Shown here piece by piece: positions 29,734 to 39,023 of a DNA stretch of 64,000 bases. Numbering within the stretch: the stretch's first letter is position 1; every line of letters begins with the position of its first letter. Below the pieces are notes generated by a model, which did no database searches, had not been told where the DNA came from, and saw only the letters and a program-made list of their open reading frames with translations. The translations under genes were made by a program, and so were the position numbers. This DNA comes from Candidatus Latescibacterota bacterium (GTDB lineage: Bacteria; Latescibacterota; UBA2968; UBA8231): positions 4,224,001 through 4,288,000 of the forward strand of contig OZ241362.1 in assembly GCA_965200315.1 (NCBI GenBank). Reading direction: 5' to 3'.

Positions 29734-31338
29734 TTACAGGCGCTCGGCGAACAAGGCGACTTGGCTTTCGCGCTCGGCGCGCAGGCGTTGGATGAGCGCG
29801 TCCATGAGCGCGTCCCGACGCCTTGCTTCCAAGATGCCCCGCGCTCGCGCTCGCGCTTGGGCAAAAGGTTGGATGTCGCCGCCTTCTTTCTGGCGTACCC
29901 GGAATACGGCAAATTGGTCTAGCACCGCCACTGGCCCACCCCATTCGCCGATCTCTGCGGCAAAGGCCGCATCTACAAGCTGAGGATAGCGCGCCCGCAC
30001 CACCTTGCGCAGGCGCAGTGCTCCGTCGTCGTGCGGGTCGCCGTGGGTTTCGACGCTTGGCCGGGCCAACAGCTCGGCGACGCTGCTGCCGTTTGCGAGG
30101 GCGTCGCGCAACGCTTGGGCCTGCTCGCGGGTGGGCGCGAGGAGCTGGTTGATGTGGACGGATTCAGCCGTGCGGAAGCGCGTCTTGTTGGCCTCGTAGT
30201 ACGCGGCGACTTCCTCTTCGCTGGGGATGGCCTTTGTCGCTGTTTCTGCCTTGGTGAGCTGCTGCAAAACGAGAGCTTTGCGCTTGCGCTCGCGCCACTC
30301 GGCGAATTCGGCCTCTCGATCCCATCCGCGCTGCTGGGCGCCCGCGGTCATCAGATAGGCTGGCAAGAGCGCGGCATGGGCTAGCGAGACGACTTGGGCG
30401 CTGTCTTGCAACGCGCCCCGGAAGCCGACGGCGCGCAGGTCGTGGAGGCATTCGCCCAAGGAAATCGCTCCGCCGTCAAAGCGGTAGAGCGGAAGCGCGG
30501 CGAGCGAATCGGAGAGATTCGGCGCGGCGAGCAAGGCTTGTAGGCCCTCGTGATTCAACTGGAGATTCAAGGAGCGGCTCAAGGTTTCCACTTCGATTTG
30601 CCGGCGGCTCTGCCACTTTTCGCGGTGCGCCGCGCTGGCGGCTTCTTCGGCGTAGTCGGCCTTGTCGGCTGTTCGGTCTTCGACAAAGCGGTAAATCTGC
30701 CAGCCGCCCGCCAGTGCCAGCGGCTCGGCGATTTGGCCGACCGGGAGGGAGAGGAATATCTGCGGCGGAATGGCGAGGCGCTGCGCTTGGGTGCGCCCGA
30801 TCCAACCGACGACTCCGTCGCCCTGTGGGGCGAAAAGGTCGTTGGCCGCAAAGCGCTGCGCTAGTTCGGCAAAAGGCTGGCCCTCGTGCAGTGCCCGCAA
30901 CACGCGGTCCACGTCTTGTTGCTGCCGCACCAGAATTCGCGCCAAGAGCCGCTCGCGGTCAAAGCCCATATCGACGAAGGTGCGCTCGATTTCCTCGGGT
31001 GTTACCGCGACTTGGGGAGCGAGCACTTCGGCTTGGTAGCGCTGGGAGAGCTGCTTGCGGACGAGGGCGTTTAGCTGGTAGCGGACCTCGTTGCTTTGCT
31101 CGATTCCCCTAGCGCGGGCCTCTTGTAGCAGCAGTTCCTGATCGACGAAGGACTGTAGGTAGTCGCGTGCGTCCTCGCTTTGCAAGCCGGGCGGCAAGCG
31201 CTCGACAAAGCGCAGGTACTCGGCTTTGGTGAGAGCCACGTCGCCGACTTGGGCCACGACTGGGTCGTCTGGTGTGCAGCCAAACAGGGCCAAGAGGGCG
31301 ACAGCGCACCCGAGGGAGCGGAAAGTAGCGAAAAACAT
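29734..31338 (-). CDS. PpiC/parvulin-type peptidyl-prolyl isomerase lipoprotein (SurA/PrsA-like, two parvulin-like domains)
   Basis: Lipobox LFGC after ATG 31338, VVAQVG, ELLLQEA..RGI, ARILV....G.PFAELA, EEVAAYYEANK..F. Confidence 0.85.
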   Translation of the reverse strand: MFFATFRSLGCAVALLALFGCTPDDPVVAQVGDVALTKAEYLRFVERLPPGLQSEDARDYLQSFVDQELLLQEARARGIEQSNEVRYQLNALVRKQLSQRYQAEVLAPQVAVTPEEIERTFVDMGFDRERLLARILVRQQQDVDRVLRALHEGQPFAELAQRFAANDLFAPQGDGVVGWIGRTQAQRLAIPPQIFLSLPVGQIAEPLALAGGWQIYRFVEDRTADKADYAEEAASAAHREKWQSRRQIEVETLSRSLNLQLNHEGLQALLAAPNLSDSLAALPLYRFDGGAISLGECLHDLRAVGFRGALQDSAQVVSLAHAALLPAYLMTAGAQQRGWDREAEFAEWRERKRKALVLQQLTKAETATKAIPSEEEVAAYYEANKTRFRTAESVHINQLLAPTREQAQALRDALANGSSVAELLARPSVETHGDPHDDGALRLRKVVRARYPQLVDAAFAAEIGEWGGPVAVLDQFAVFRVRQKEGGDIQPFAQARARARGILEARRRDALMDALIQRLRAERESQVALFAERL

Positions 31339-31557
31339 GCTGCTTGATTTAAGCAACGGCTCGGCGAGTGTCAAGTTTTTGCCCCTGCAACTAACTATAT
31401 GTAATTTTGCTTTTTAGATACTATTTCTCGTCCTTCCGCTCAGTACATGACCCCACGATCTTAGCTGGGAGCGTGGACGTTTCGCCTGCCTCAAGACGGC
31501 GGAGAAAACGCGTCTTCAGTAAGGCGAACCCACTCTCATTAATAGGGAATTGACCTA

Positions 31558-31982
31558 ATGAAATTTTTGCTTGGCAGCCTCATCGGCTTCGTGTTGAGCA
31601 TGAGTGTCGGCGCGGAGCCACTGCTTGAGGGCTGGGCGCGGCTGTCGTCTGGGGCTATGGGCTGACCGCTTCGGGTCAAGGTTTGGTCGCGTATGTGGAC
31701 CCGGCCTTTCGGGTGGGGATGAGTACGGCTTCTATCGTGGTTGAACCCGCTGCCGGTGCGCCGCGGATGAAGCTTGCGGCGGGCGGCGTCTTGGGTGATG
31801 TGAACAACGATGGCCGGGTCAATAGTGCCGACGCGGTGCTCCTCATCCTATACCTCAGTGATCCATTCGATCCCACGTTGCCGTTGCAGCTCGGACGGAC
31901 CGAGGTGTCGTTAGGGAGTTCGATAGCGGCTTCATTACCGGTAGGGGCCGTGGAACTGTATGTAATTCTTGGCTTTATTTGA
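31558..31982 (+). pseudogene. Internally deleted remnant of a secreted dockerin-containing protein
   Basis: MKFLLGSLIGFVLSMSVGAEPLLEGWARLSSG signal stub (31558-31665) joined out of frame to YGLTASGQGLVAYVDPAF...LGDVNNDGRVNSADA (dockerin-like repeat). Confidence 0.65.
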
Positions 31983-32019
31983 TTAGACGCCATCCCATAA
32001 ACCCTGCGTACCGCCCGCC

Positions 32020-33966
32020 TCAATACATGCGAATTACGTTGCCCGTCATTCCGGTGAAGCCATCCACGACCAGCCACGCCCCACCCGAAGCGAATTGCCC
32101 GAGTATCACCCCCAAAAAGAACCAGCGCGTCGAGCGATAGCCGTTCGGCCCCATGTATTTCAAGACGACGGACTTAATCATCCAAGCGAGAAAGATACTG
32201 AACCAGACGTTGCCGAGAATCCAAGTGCCGCTGGCCACGTAGCCGATGGGATGCAAAGGCCACCACAGCAAGTGGTGACGCGCCCACAGCAAGAGCGCCA
32301 TGACTGCGGCCCCCACCCCGTTCCAGAGCCAGCCCAGCCAATAGGGGCCAGTCGGCGTCTCGATGAAGCGGGCAGCAAAGCGAAACGGCTCCCAAGCGAA
32401 AAGCCCAGAGAAGTACTGGCGGTGCAGGTTGAGCGCCCCGTACTGGTAGCCCAAGTTCAAGGTCGCGTAGAGCGAACCCAAAAGGCCGATGGCCAGCGCC
32501 GCCGTTAGCATTAATAGGATGCGCCGCCGCCCGACCTTGAGGCCGTGCAACATGCGGATGCTGTTGGCGCAGGGGGCCATCATAAAGACCAGCAGGTCGC
32601 CCGCCCAAGCGAGGGTAAAGCCCAGCGCCATCATCCCGGTTGCCCCCAGTGCCGACGAGCCGACGCCCGAGACCACAAAGCCCGCGCCCGACAGCCCCTC
32701 CACAGCCGACGAGAGACCCGCTTCGACGATCACGCGGGTGAGCGCGAAGAAGATGGCGAATGCCGCGCCGAGAAACAGCACCACCGCCCACCAAGGCAAC
32801 CCCGTCTGACACAGCCACAAGCCCATGACGACCAAGCCCACGGCCAAGCCCACCAAGGCCGTCCGACAGGACAGCAACTCCCCGGCTGCGCTGCCGCCGA
32901 CTTTGGCCTGTTGCCACACGGCCTTTAGATGCCCGCGGGCCGTCCACAGCCCCAAGACGACCAGTGCGATCATCGCGCCCATGCTCTGATGGCTCAACAT
33001 GCCCGTAGTGGGGCCGGCGTGACTGAAGGCGTCGAGCTGTTCGGTCGTGAAGATGCCGAGGGTCGAGCAGGCCCATTCTTGGGCTTTGGCCAACAGGTAG
33101 AAAAACCACAAGCTGCCGGAGATTCCCGTGTTGATAAAATAGGCCAGGCCCATCATCAAGAAGTTGAGCCGGACGCGCAAGACAACCGCGTCGTGCCCCA
33201 AGGCGAGCGGCAGGTTGAGATCGACGCGCGGCGCAAATTCGTAGTAGTGGCTAAAGGAGTTGATCGTGTTGAGAATCGCCGGCACCGCAAACCCGGCCCA
33301 CATGATTGGGTTGCGTAAAAAGGGCTTTATGCGCGCTGGCCGCGGGCCGTCTTCAATCATCCCCAACGGCACTTGGACCAGCGGATAGAGCAACCGCTCG
33401 TGGTCCATCCACTGCCGCCGCATAATCACCATCGCGCAGAGGAGCACGAGATAGAAGGCCGCCATAAAGAACAACCACCAAAAAAGCGGCTCGACCCAAG
33501 CACCCCAAGGGATGGATTCGCCGCGGGGGAGTCCTTCGTAAAACTGCTTGATCGCCACTTCGTCTTGGACGACCAGCCAAGTGGGGATGTGGGGTATTAG
33601 CAGCTCGGCCCAGTTGTTTTCTGGGGTCGCATAGTAGAGCACGCTAGAAATGGCGGGGATCGCGGCACCGGTAAAGCCCCGCGATGGGATCGCCGTTGCC
33701 AGCATCATCATCGCGGTAATCAGCAGCAATTCGGCGCGGTTGAAGGCCCAATTTCGTCGCACGAGCCCCAGCAGCGGTTGCACCAGCGCGAGCAAACAGA
33801 AGAGCAGGAAAAAGGCGGCTGGCGTCGAGGAGCTCAAACCCAGCCGGGTGCCCTTGATCACGAATTCCCCGTAGGGCAGCCCCACGGCGATCAGGGCGCA
33901 AAGCCCGAGGCCAGTCAGCATGGCCGGTAGGCCGATTGCAGGGGAGGGCTGGGGATCTAGGGACAT
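32020..33966 (-). CDS. Polytopic membrane protein, DUF6785/DUF6784-like (putative transporter)
   Basis: YYATPENNW, RRQW.DHERL.YPL..VP, WWPLHPIGY, WMIK..VLKY.G; start placed at ATG 33966. Confidence 0.75.
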   Translation of the reverse strand: MSLDPQPSPAIGLPAMLTGLGLCALIAVGLPYGEFVIKGTRLGLSSSTPAAFFLLFCLLALVQPLLGLVRRNWAFNRAELLLITAMMMLATAIPSRGFTGAAIPAISSVLYYATPENNWAELLIPHIPTWLVVQDEVAIKQFYEGLPRGESIPWGAWVEPLFWWLFFMAAFYLVLLCAMVIMRRQWMDHERLLYPLVQVPLGMIEDGPRPARIKPFLRNPIMWAGFAVPAILNTINSFSHYYEFAPRVDLNLPLALGHDAVVLRVRLNFLMMGLAYFINTGISGSLWFFYLLAKAQEWACSTLGIFTTEQLDAFSHAGPTTGMLSHQSMGAMIALVVLGLWTARGHLKAVWQQAKVGGSAAGELLSCRTALVGLAVGLVVMGLWLCQTGLPWWAVVLFLGAAFAIFFALTRVIVEAGLSSAVEGLSGAGFVVSGVGSSALGATGMMALGFTLAWAGDLLVFMMAPCANSIRMLHGLKVGRRRILLMLTAALAIGLLGSLYATLNLGYQYGALNLHRQYFSGLFAWEPFRFAARFIETPTGPYWLGWLWNGVGAAVMALLLWARHHLLWWPLHPIGYVASGTWILGNVWFSIFLAWMIKSVVLKYMGPNGYRSTRWFFLGVILGQFASGGAWLVVDGFTGMTGNVIRMY

Positions 33967-34151
33967 GGAGTGGTCTATGAGGAATGGAGTGGCAGGTGCG
34001 CAGTGAAGTGGCAAACGTAGCCAAATTCGCAGATACCCGTCAATAAATGGCCGGCCCCGCGACAAGGGATGGCGGCGATCTGGTTGCTGTCGGCGGGAAA
34101 AAGCCGCTAACTATCTGGGTATCTGGTGACCTTTTTCATAGACGAGGAGAT

Positions 34152-36125
34152 ATGGAGCGCAAAATCTACGCCTTTGGCATGGACGGCTTTATCGTCCCGA
34201 TGATGAAGCGATTCGCCGCCGAAGGGGCTTTGCCCCATTGCGAACGCCTGTTGCGCCAGGGCGCGGTCAATCAGACCCTGCCCTCTTTCCCGGTGTGGAC
34301 CCCGACTAACTGGGCCACCCTTTCGACCGGGGCGCACACGGGTACGCACGGGGTGACGCGCTGGCGGGTGGAAGTCGTGCCGGGCCAGCGGATCGACAGT
34401 TTCGACGGGCGGGCCAACAATGCCGAGCGCATCTGGAACGCCTTGGAACGGGCAGGCATGCAGAGCGTGGCCGTACACTATCCGGCCGCCCATCCTTCCG
34501 GGGTGAAGACGGGCTTTGTCGTCGATGGCTTTGGCCACCCTGGGCATCGCAGCACGGATTTTGAAGTGGCTATCTGCCAAGCCTATACCACGGAGGCCGC
34601 GCTAGAGGGAGCTATCGAAATGGACCACGATGGCACGGCCGTGCGGCAAAAACAGCGCAGCGTCGAGCCGATTCCGCCGCTAACATCGGCGCAGGCGTGG
34701 CGGAACCTGCCCGAGAGCAAAGCCCCGCCGCTGGAGAGCCGCATTGAGGTGGTGGCTCGGTTGGGCGGGGATGTCACCGCGTTCCACTTGCTGGCGGTGG
34801 ATAGTGAGGGGAGGGGCTACGACCGGGTGCTGGTGTGTCGGGAGCGCGACGGAGCCAGTTGCATAGCTGCTGCCGGAGTGGGGGAATGGAGCGAGTGGGC
34901 GGTGGAAGACTTTGCCATCAGCGGGAACAGACGTTCGGCATCGGTGCGCTTCAAGCTGATGGAACTGGCCGCGGATGGCAGCCGCCTGAAGCTCTACCGC
35001 ACTCAAGTGACTTACACCGATGGCTTCACGCTGCCCGACGAGTTGGCCGGGGAGCTGGTGGAACGCCTTGGCCCCTATCAGGAACACGCCTCCATGTTGC
35101 CCTATACCTCTGGGATGGCCGATTTTGACACGGCCTTGGAAGAATGCGAGTACCAAGGGATGTGGTTTGCCGAGGTCGCCCGCTACATGCTGCGCGAGCG
35201 GGGCTGTTCCTTTTTTATCTGCCACTGGCATCTGTACGACTATCTCAACCACATCCACCTCGGGGACGTGGACCCGGTGTGCCCAGGGTACGAAGCGGAG
35301 CGCACCGAACAGTACGTGGACTATTTTCGGCGGGCCTATCAGGTGGGGGACCGCATCTTGGGGCGGCTGTGGGAGGCCGCAGACGAGCATACATACGTGG
35401 GCGTGGTGTCCGACCACGGGTGTTCGCCCGATGTGCGGGTGGCTAATATCCGGCAGTTTTTGCACGAGCAGGGCTTTCTGGCGCTCAAGGGCGGCGGGGA
35501 AGAAGCGCTGGTGCGCGATCAGGTGCGCGAAGAGGACATCGATTGGGAGCACACCCGGGCCTATATGAAGGACGACAAGGGCTTCGACATTTTCATCAAC
35601 GCCGAGCCGGGGCCGGAATTCGACCGGATTGAGGCCGAGTTGCTGTTGTCCTTGCGCACTTGGGTTGACCAAGAAGTGGGGCGCAATCCGGTGGCCATAG
35701 CACTGCCGCGGCGAGACGCGTACATCTTGGGCCAGTGGGGAGACCAATGCGGCGATGTGGTCTTTGCTTGGGACCATGGGTACGTGAGCGGGTACTATGG
35801 GCAGTGGCGCGGCATTGCGGGCGGGGGCTGCGTAGGAGCGCCCAATGTGTTCGGAGCGCACCACGGGGGTTTTCTGCCGACCCAAAGCGAGGACTCGTCC
35901 AGCTTTGGCTCGTGGTTGTTGGCCGGGCCAAGCGTAAAGCAGGGCTACGAGCGGCCGGTGGACAAACTAGGGTACATCCACGCCGCCGACGTCGTGCCCA
36001 CCTTTTGCCAGATACTGGGAGCCGAGCCGCCGCGACAGGCGCAGGGGACGGTGGCGCGGGATCTGTTTGAGGGGTACGAAATGGTGCGGGAGCGGGCTCC
36101 AGTCTGCGATCAATCCTCCTCATAG
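34152..36125 (+). CDS. Alkaline phosphatase superfamily / type I phosphodiesterase-nucleotide pyrophosphatase
   Basis: FGMDG, PVWTPTNWATLSTGA..GTHGV, VVSDHG, DVVPT; AGGAG SD before ATG 34152. Confidence 0.9.
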   Translation: MERKIYAFGMDGFIVPMMKRFAAEGALPHCERLLRQGAVNQTLPSFPVWTPTNWATLSTGAHTGTHGVTRWRVEVVPGQRIDSFDGRANNAERIWNALERAGMQSVAVHYPAAHPSGVKTGFVVDGFGHPGHRSTDFEVAICQAYTTEAALEGAIEMDHDGTAVRQKQRSVEPIPPLTSAQAWRNLPESKAPPLESRIEVVARLGGDVTAFHLLAVDSEGRGYDRVLVCRERDGASCIAAAGVGEWSEWAVEDFAISGNRRSASVRFKLMELAADGSRLKLYRTQVTYTDGFTLPDELAGELVERLGPYQEHASMLPYTSGMADFDTALEECEYQGMWFAEVARYMLRERGCSFFICHWHLYDYLNHIHLGDVDPVCPGYEAERTEQYVDYFRRAYQVGDRILGRLWEAADEHTYVGVVSDHGCSPDVRVANIRQFLHEQGFLALKGGGEEALVRDQVREEDIDWEHTRAYMKDDKGFDIFINAEPGPEFDRIEAELLLSLRTWVDQEVGRNPVAIALPRRDAYILGQWGDQCGDVVFAWDHGYVSGYYGQWRGIAGGGCVGAPNVFGAHHGGFLPTQSEDSSSFGSWLLAGPSVKQGYERPVDKLGYIHAADVVPTFCQILGAEPPRQAQGTVARDLFEGYEMVRERAPVCDQSSS

Positions 36126-36328
36126 ACAGCCTCCCCACGGTGCAGCCGCTGGGCGATCTCGAGAGTTTGGAGCAGCTCGCGCTGAGTGGGTGCCTTGGCC
36201 GCCAGAAAGCGGGCTGCGGCCACCATCAGAATCCGTTGCTCACCGACGTCAGTGCGCTCTCCATACTGGCGGATGGCTGCCTCGAGCATCTGAAAGCTGT
36301 GGAACTCGGCGTCCTCTCTCACTAGGGA
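36110..36328 (-). pseudogene. C-terminal fragment of a gene resembling Rieske-domain-associated helical proteins
   Basis: LVREDAEFHSFQMLEAAIRQY...AAARFLAA.APTQRE..QT..IA.RLHRGE; 5' part missing. Confidence 0.6.
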
Positions 36329-36330
36329 AG

Positions 36331-36460
36331 CGCTTTCAACCACTGCCCATCACCCTAGCGCACGCCTTGGCCGTGGTCTCCTTGCCCCCGATCCATCAGG
36401 ACCCCTTTGATCGCATCCAAGCGGCGCAGGCGAAATTGGAGAACTTAATTAGTGACGCGG
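36331..36460 (+). pseudogene. C-terminal fragment of PIN-domain (VapC-like) toxin
   Basis: FQPLPITLAHALAVVSLPPIHQDPFDRIQAAQAKLENL matches the H.DPFDR...AQA..E.L motif; no start or antitoxin. Confidence 0.75.
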
Positions 36461-36608
36461 GATGCCCGCCTCAAGCAGTGCGGCATCCCTTGTATCGACG
36501 CCTGAACCTCCTTGATGGGTACGGCGCGCTCTGTAGCGAGGGTGCTTGACAAGGCGACTTTTTGGTGGGTATCTAGGGCGCTGTCAATGACTTATTTGAG
36601 GAGGAACC

Positions 36609-37493
36609 ATGGACAATTTGAATAAACGCACCTTGGGTCGCACGGGGCTCGAAGTCACGCAACTCGGCTTTGGCGCGGCCGAGCGCGGCTTGCCGGATGA
36701 AGCCGAGTACGACGATCAGGCCGGCAGCGTCTTGAATGCGGCTCTCGATGCGGGGATTAATCTCGTTGACACGGCTCCAGATTACGGCGCGAGCGAGGAG
36801 CGGGTCGGCCAGTACCTCAGCCATCGCCGCGACGAGTTTTTCTTGGCTACCAAGTGTGGCTGCAACATCGACGTGGAGGGCAACAGGCTGGAGCCGGGCC
36901 ACCTGTGGACGGCCGAGCGCCTGCGCACCAACATTGACCAGAGCCTGCGCCGCCTGAAAACCGACTGCGTAGATCTGCTACAAATGCACAATCCCACCGT
37001 GGAAGATGTTGAGTTGGGGGGGCTGATCGAGGTGCTAGAGGCTATTCGACAGGCGGGAAAGACCCGTTTCATTGGCGTGTCTTCCACGCTGCCGCATTTG
37101 GCCGCGTTCGTGGAGTCGGGGGCGTTTGATGTGTTTCAGATTCCCTACTCAGCCCTTGAGCGCCAGCACGAAAGGATTATTCAGGAAGCGGCCGACGCCG
37201 GAGCCGGCATTCTCATTCGCGGCGGCATCAGTTTGGGCCACCGAGCCAATGAGGAGCGCCAGTCGAAGTGGGAGCGGTCCGGTTTGGACGAACTCACCGG
37301 CGAGATGAGTCGCCACGAGTTTATACTGCGTTTCACCCTCGCGCATCCAGCGTGTCACACGACGATTGTCGGCACGACGAACCTCGAACACATGAAGTCC
37401 AATGTCGCGGCGGCCTTGGCGGGGCCACTGCCTGCGGAGCGCTATGCGGAGGCGAGGGCCAAGCTGGCGAGTATTGGCGAGGAGCCAGCGTAG
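36609..37493 (+). CDS. Aldo/keto reductase
   Basis: LGRTGLEVT.LGFG, DTAPDYG.SEE, ATKCG, SLRRLKTD..DLLQMH, GKTRFIGVS; GAGGAGG SD. Confidence 0.95.
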   Translation: MDNLNKRTLGRTGLEVTQLGFGAAERGLPDEAEYDDQAGSVLNAALDAGINLVDTAPDYGASEERVGQYLSHRRDEFFLATKCGCNIDVEGNRLEPGHLWTAERLRTNIDQSLRRLKTDCVDLLQMHNPTVEDVELGGLIEVLEAIRQAGKTRFIGVSSTLPHLAAFVESGAFDVFQIPYSALERQHERIIQEAADAGAGILIRGGISLGHRANEERQSKWERSGLDELTGEMSRHEFILRFTLAHPACHTTIVGTTNLEHMKSNVAAALAGPLPAERYAEARAKLASIGEEPA

Positions 37494-37541
37494 CTCTGCC
37501 GGCTTGGGAGCGACGACGCACCCTCGGAAAAGGGGTTGGGG

Positions 37542-38054
37542 CTAGTCTGAAACTTGAGGCCGCCTTGGCACGGTTTTTGTCCAAGTTGATCGGTCGATAA
37601 TATCCCTCACAACCATTCTCACGGCCTTGCCGATAGCTTGCTCGCGCTCGGCATCCACTTCATACGTCCCCCACCCTGTCGCCTCGTATTGCCTCAGCAG
37701 TACCGGCCCCTCAAAGGCTTTTATCTCGACGGAGACCACCACAGAGAATCGATATTGATCTACGGATTGAGCCGAGGGGTGGAAGTGATCTTCAACGGAG
37801 AGGATGTCGAGATAGAGGATCGCATCGGCTCCTTCCTCGTCCGCAATGCGCAATCGCCCTTCTTGGCTAAAGGCTCTTAGCGACATCTCGGTCAGGCTAT
37901 CGGCAACGGACTGTTCTGAGGTCTGGTTACTCGGCCGGGGTATCCCTATGCTGTTGATCCCGCCTAAGAAGCTGCTTGGAGTCGCGTAGTAGCAGCCGGT
38001 GGCGAGGAAAAGGGCGAGCAGAAGTTTTGCCAAAGGGGCCACTTCTTTAGTCAT
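37542..38054 (-). CDS. LptE-like lipoprotein
   Basis: Lipobox ATGC, INSIGIP...NQT, ADAILY..I, AEREQAI..AV......DI pattern of LPS-assembly LptE family. Confidence 0.6.
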   Translation of the reverse strand: MTKEVAPLAKLLLALFLATGCYYATPSSFLGGINSIGIPRPSNQTSEQSVADSLTEMSLRAFSQEGRLRIADEEGADAILYLDILSVEDHFHPSAQSVDQYRFSVVVSVEIKAFEGPVLLRQYEATGWGTYEVDAEREQAIGKAVRMVVRDIIDRSTWTKTVPRRPQVSD

Positions 38055-38102
38055 GGTTTGGGAGATCGGGGAGATTTGGACATGGCAATTGGGACGCGGC
38101 CC

Positions 38103-38873
38103 CTAACTGAGCATGGCGCGTTCTTCGTCGCTCATGTCGAGGATGTAATCGGGGACTTGCGTCTGATGATAGCCGGGCGCGTGGGCTTGGAAAGATGGAC
38201 TGTATTTGTAGATCAGGGAGCGGCGCTGGTGTTCGCCCTGCCATACTAGGGTGCCGTGAGTCAGTGCTTCGGTGAAGATGATGGCGTCGCCGGCTTGGCT
38301 GTGGACCTCTTTGACGTACTCGCGGTGTTCCTCGTACAGGGATAGCTTCTCGGGCAGGGGAAAATTGGCTTTGTGGGACCCGGGTATGACCGCTAGGCCG
38401 CCGTCGCCGGGGCCTTCGTCGGCTAGCTGGAATTCGACCGCGGTCAAGCCGCAGAACATCTGGCCGTATTTGAAAGTGTAGGTCTGCGAGAAGTCTTGGC
38501 GCTCAACGCCGCCGCCGTGCAAGAAGTGGCCGCCGTCGCCTTTGTCCATGGCAATGAGCAAGGGACCGTGATCTAAGCGGTAGCCGCCGCCGAGCAGTTC
38601 GTTGAGATAGGGCTGGATCACGGCGTGGACGAGTAGGTCGCGAAAAGGCTCGCAGTGCGGGCGTTCCCATTCCAACATGCCCTCCATCCACTTTTGCTTG
38701 TTCGTGCCGCCGAGGACCTTGGAGTCTCCTTCGAGGGTGCGCTCGGTCTGGAAAAAGTGCTCGGCGTGGGCGTCGATGGCGGCGTTGCAGCGGTCCACTT
38801 CCTCTTGGCTCAGCACCCCCTTGAGGTGGACGAAGCCTTTAAGATCGAAGAAGAATTTATCGTCGTCGTTCAT
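38103..38873 (-). CDS. PhyH family dioxygenase (C-terminus possibly clipped)
   Basis: KFFFDLKG, YRLDH, LHGG, GDGGLAVIPGSHKANF, FTEALTHGT..W...HQRR. Confidence 0.9.
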   Translation of the reverse strand: MNDDDKFFFDLKGFVHLKGVLSQEEVDRCNAAIDAHAEHFFQTERTLEGDSKVLGGTNKQKWMEGMLEWERPHCEPFRDLLVHAVIQPYLNELLGGGYRLDHGPLLIAMDKGDGGHFLHGGGVERQDFSQTYTFKYGQMFCGLTAVEFQLADEGPGDGGLAVIPGSHKANFPLPEKLSLYEEHREYVKEVHSQAGDAIIFTEALTHGTLVWQGEHQRRSLIYKYSPSFQAHAPGYHQTQVPDYILDMSDEERAMLS

Positions 38874-38944
38874 ACGTAGGGTCCCTAACCAGACTGGATG
38901 TTCCGCCTAAAAGCCTGCGCCCGTGAAACGGGTGCGCGGTGCAG

Positions 38945-38990
38945 CCTGCTTTCGCCGGAATGACCGGGGCGGGCGAGACGCCCGCGCTCC
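38945..38990. repeat. Two REP-like palindromic elements between tandem PhyH genes
   Basis: GTCATTCCGGCGAAAGCAGG half-element on minus strand (38945-38964) and GCGGGC-GAGAC-GCCCGC hairpin (38969-38985). Confidence 0.6.
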
Positions 38991-39023
38991 GAGCAATCGC
39001 CCGTCGGGTTTTGTTAGAGTCTG

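Noticed and set aside
34680-35885. 401 aa antisense ORF, and similar long shadow ORFs (62125-63240, 40581-41609, 32174-33109, 27838-28644)
   Set aside because: Antisense or alternate frames of well-supported genes in high-GC DNA, with no family motifs
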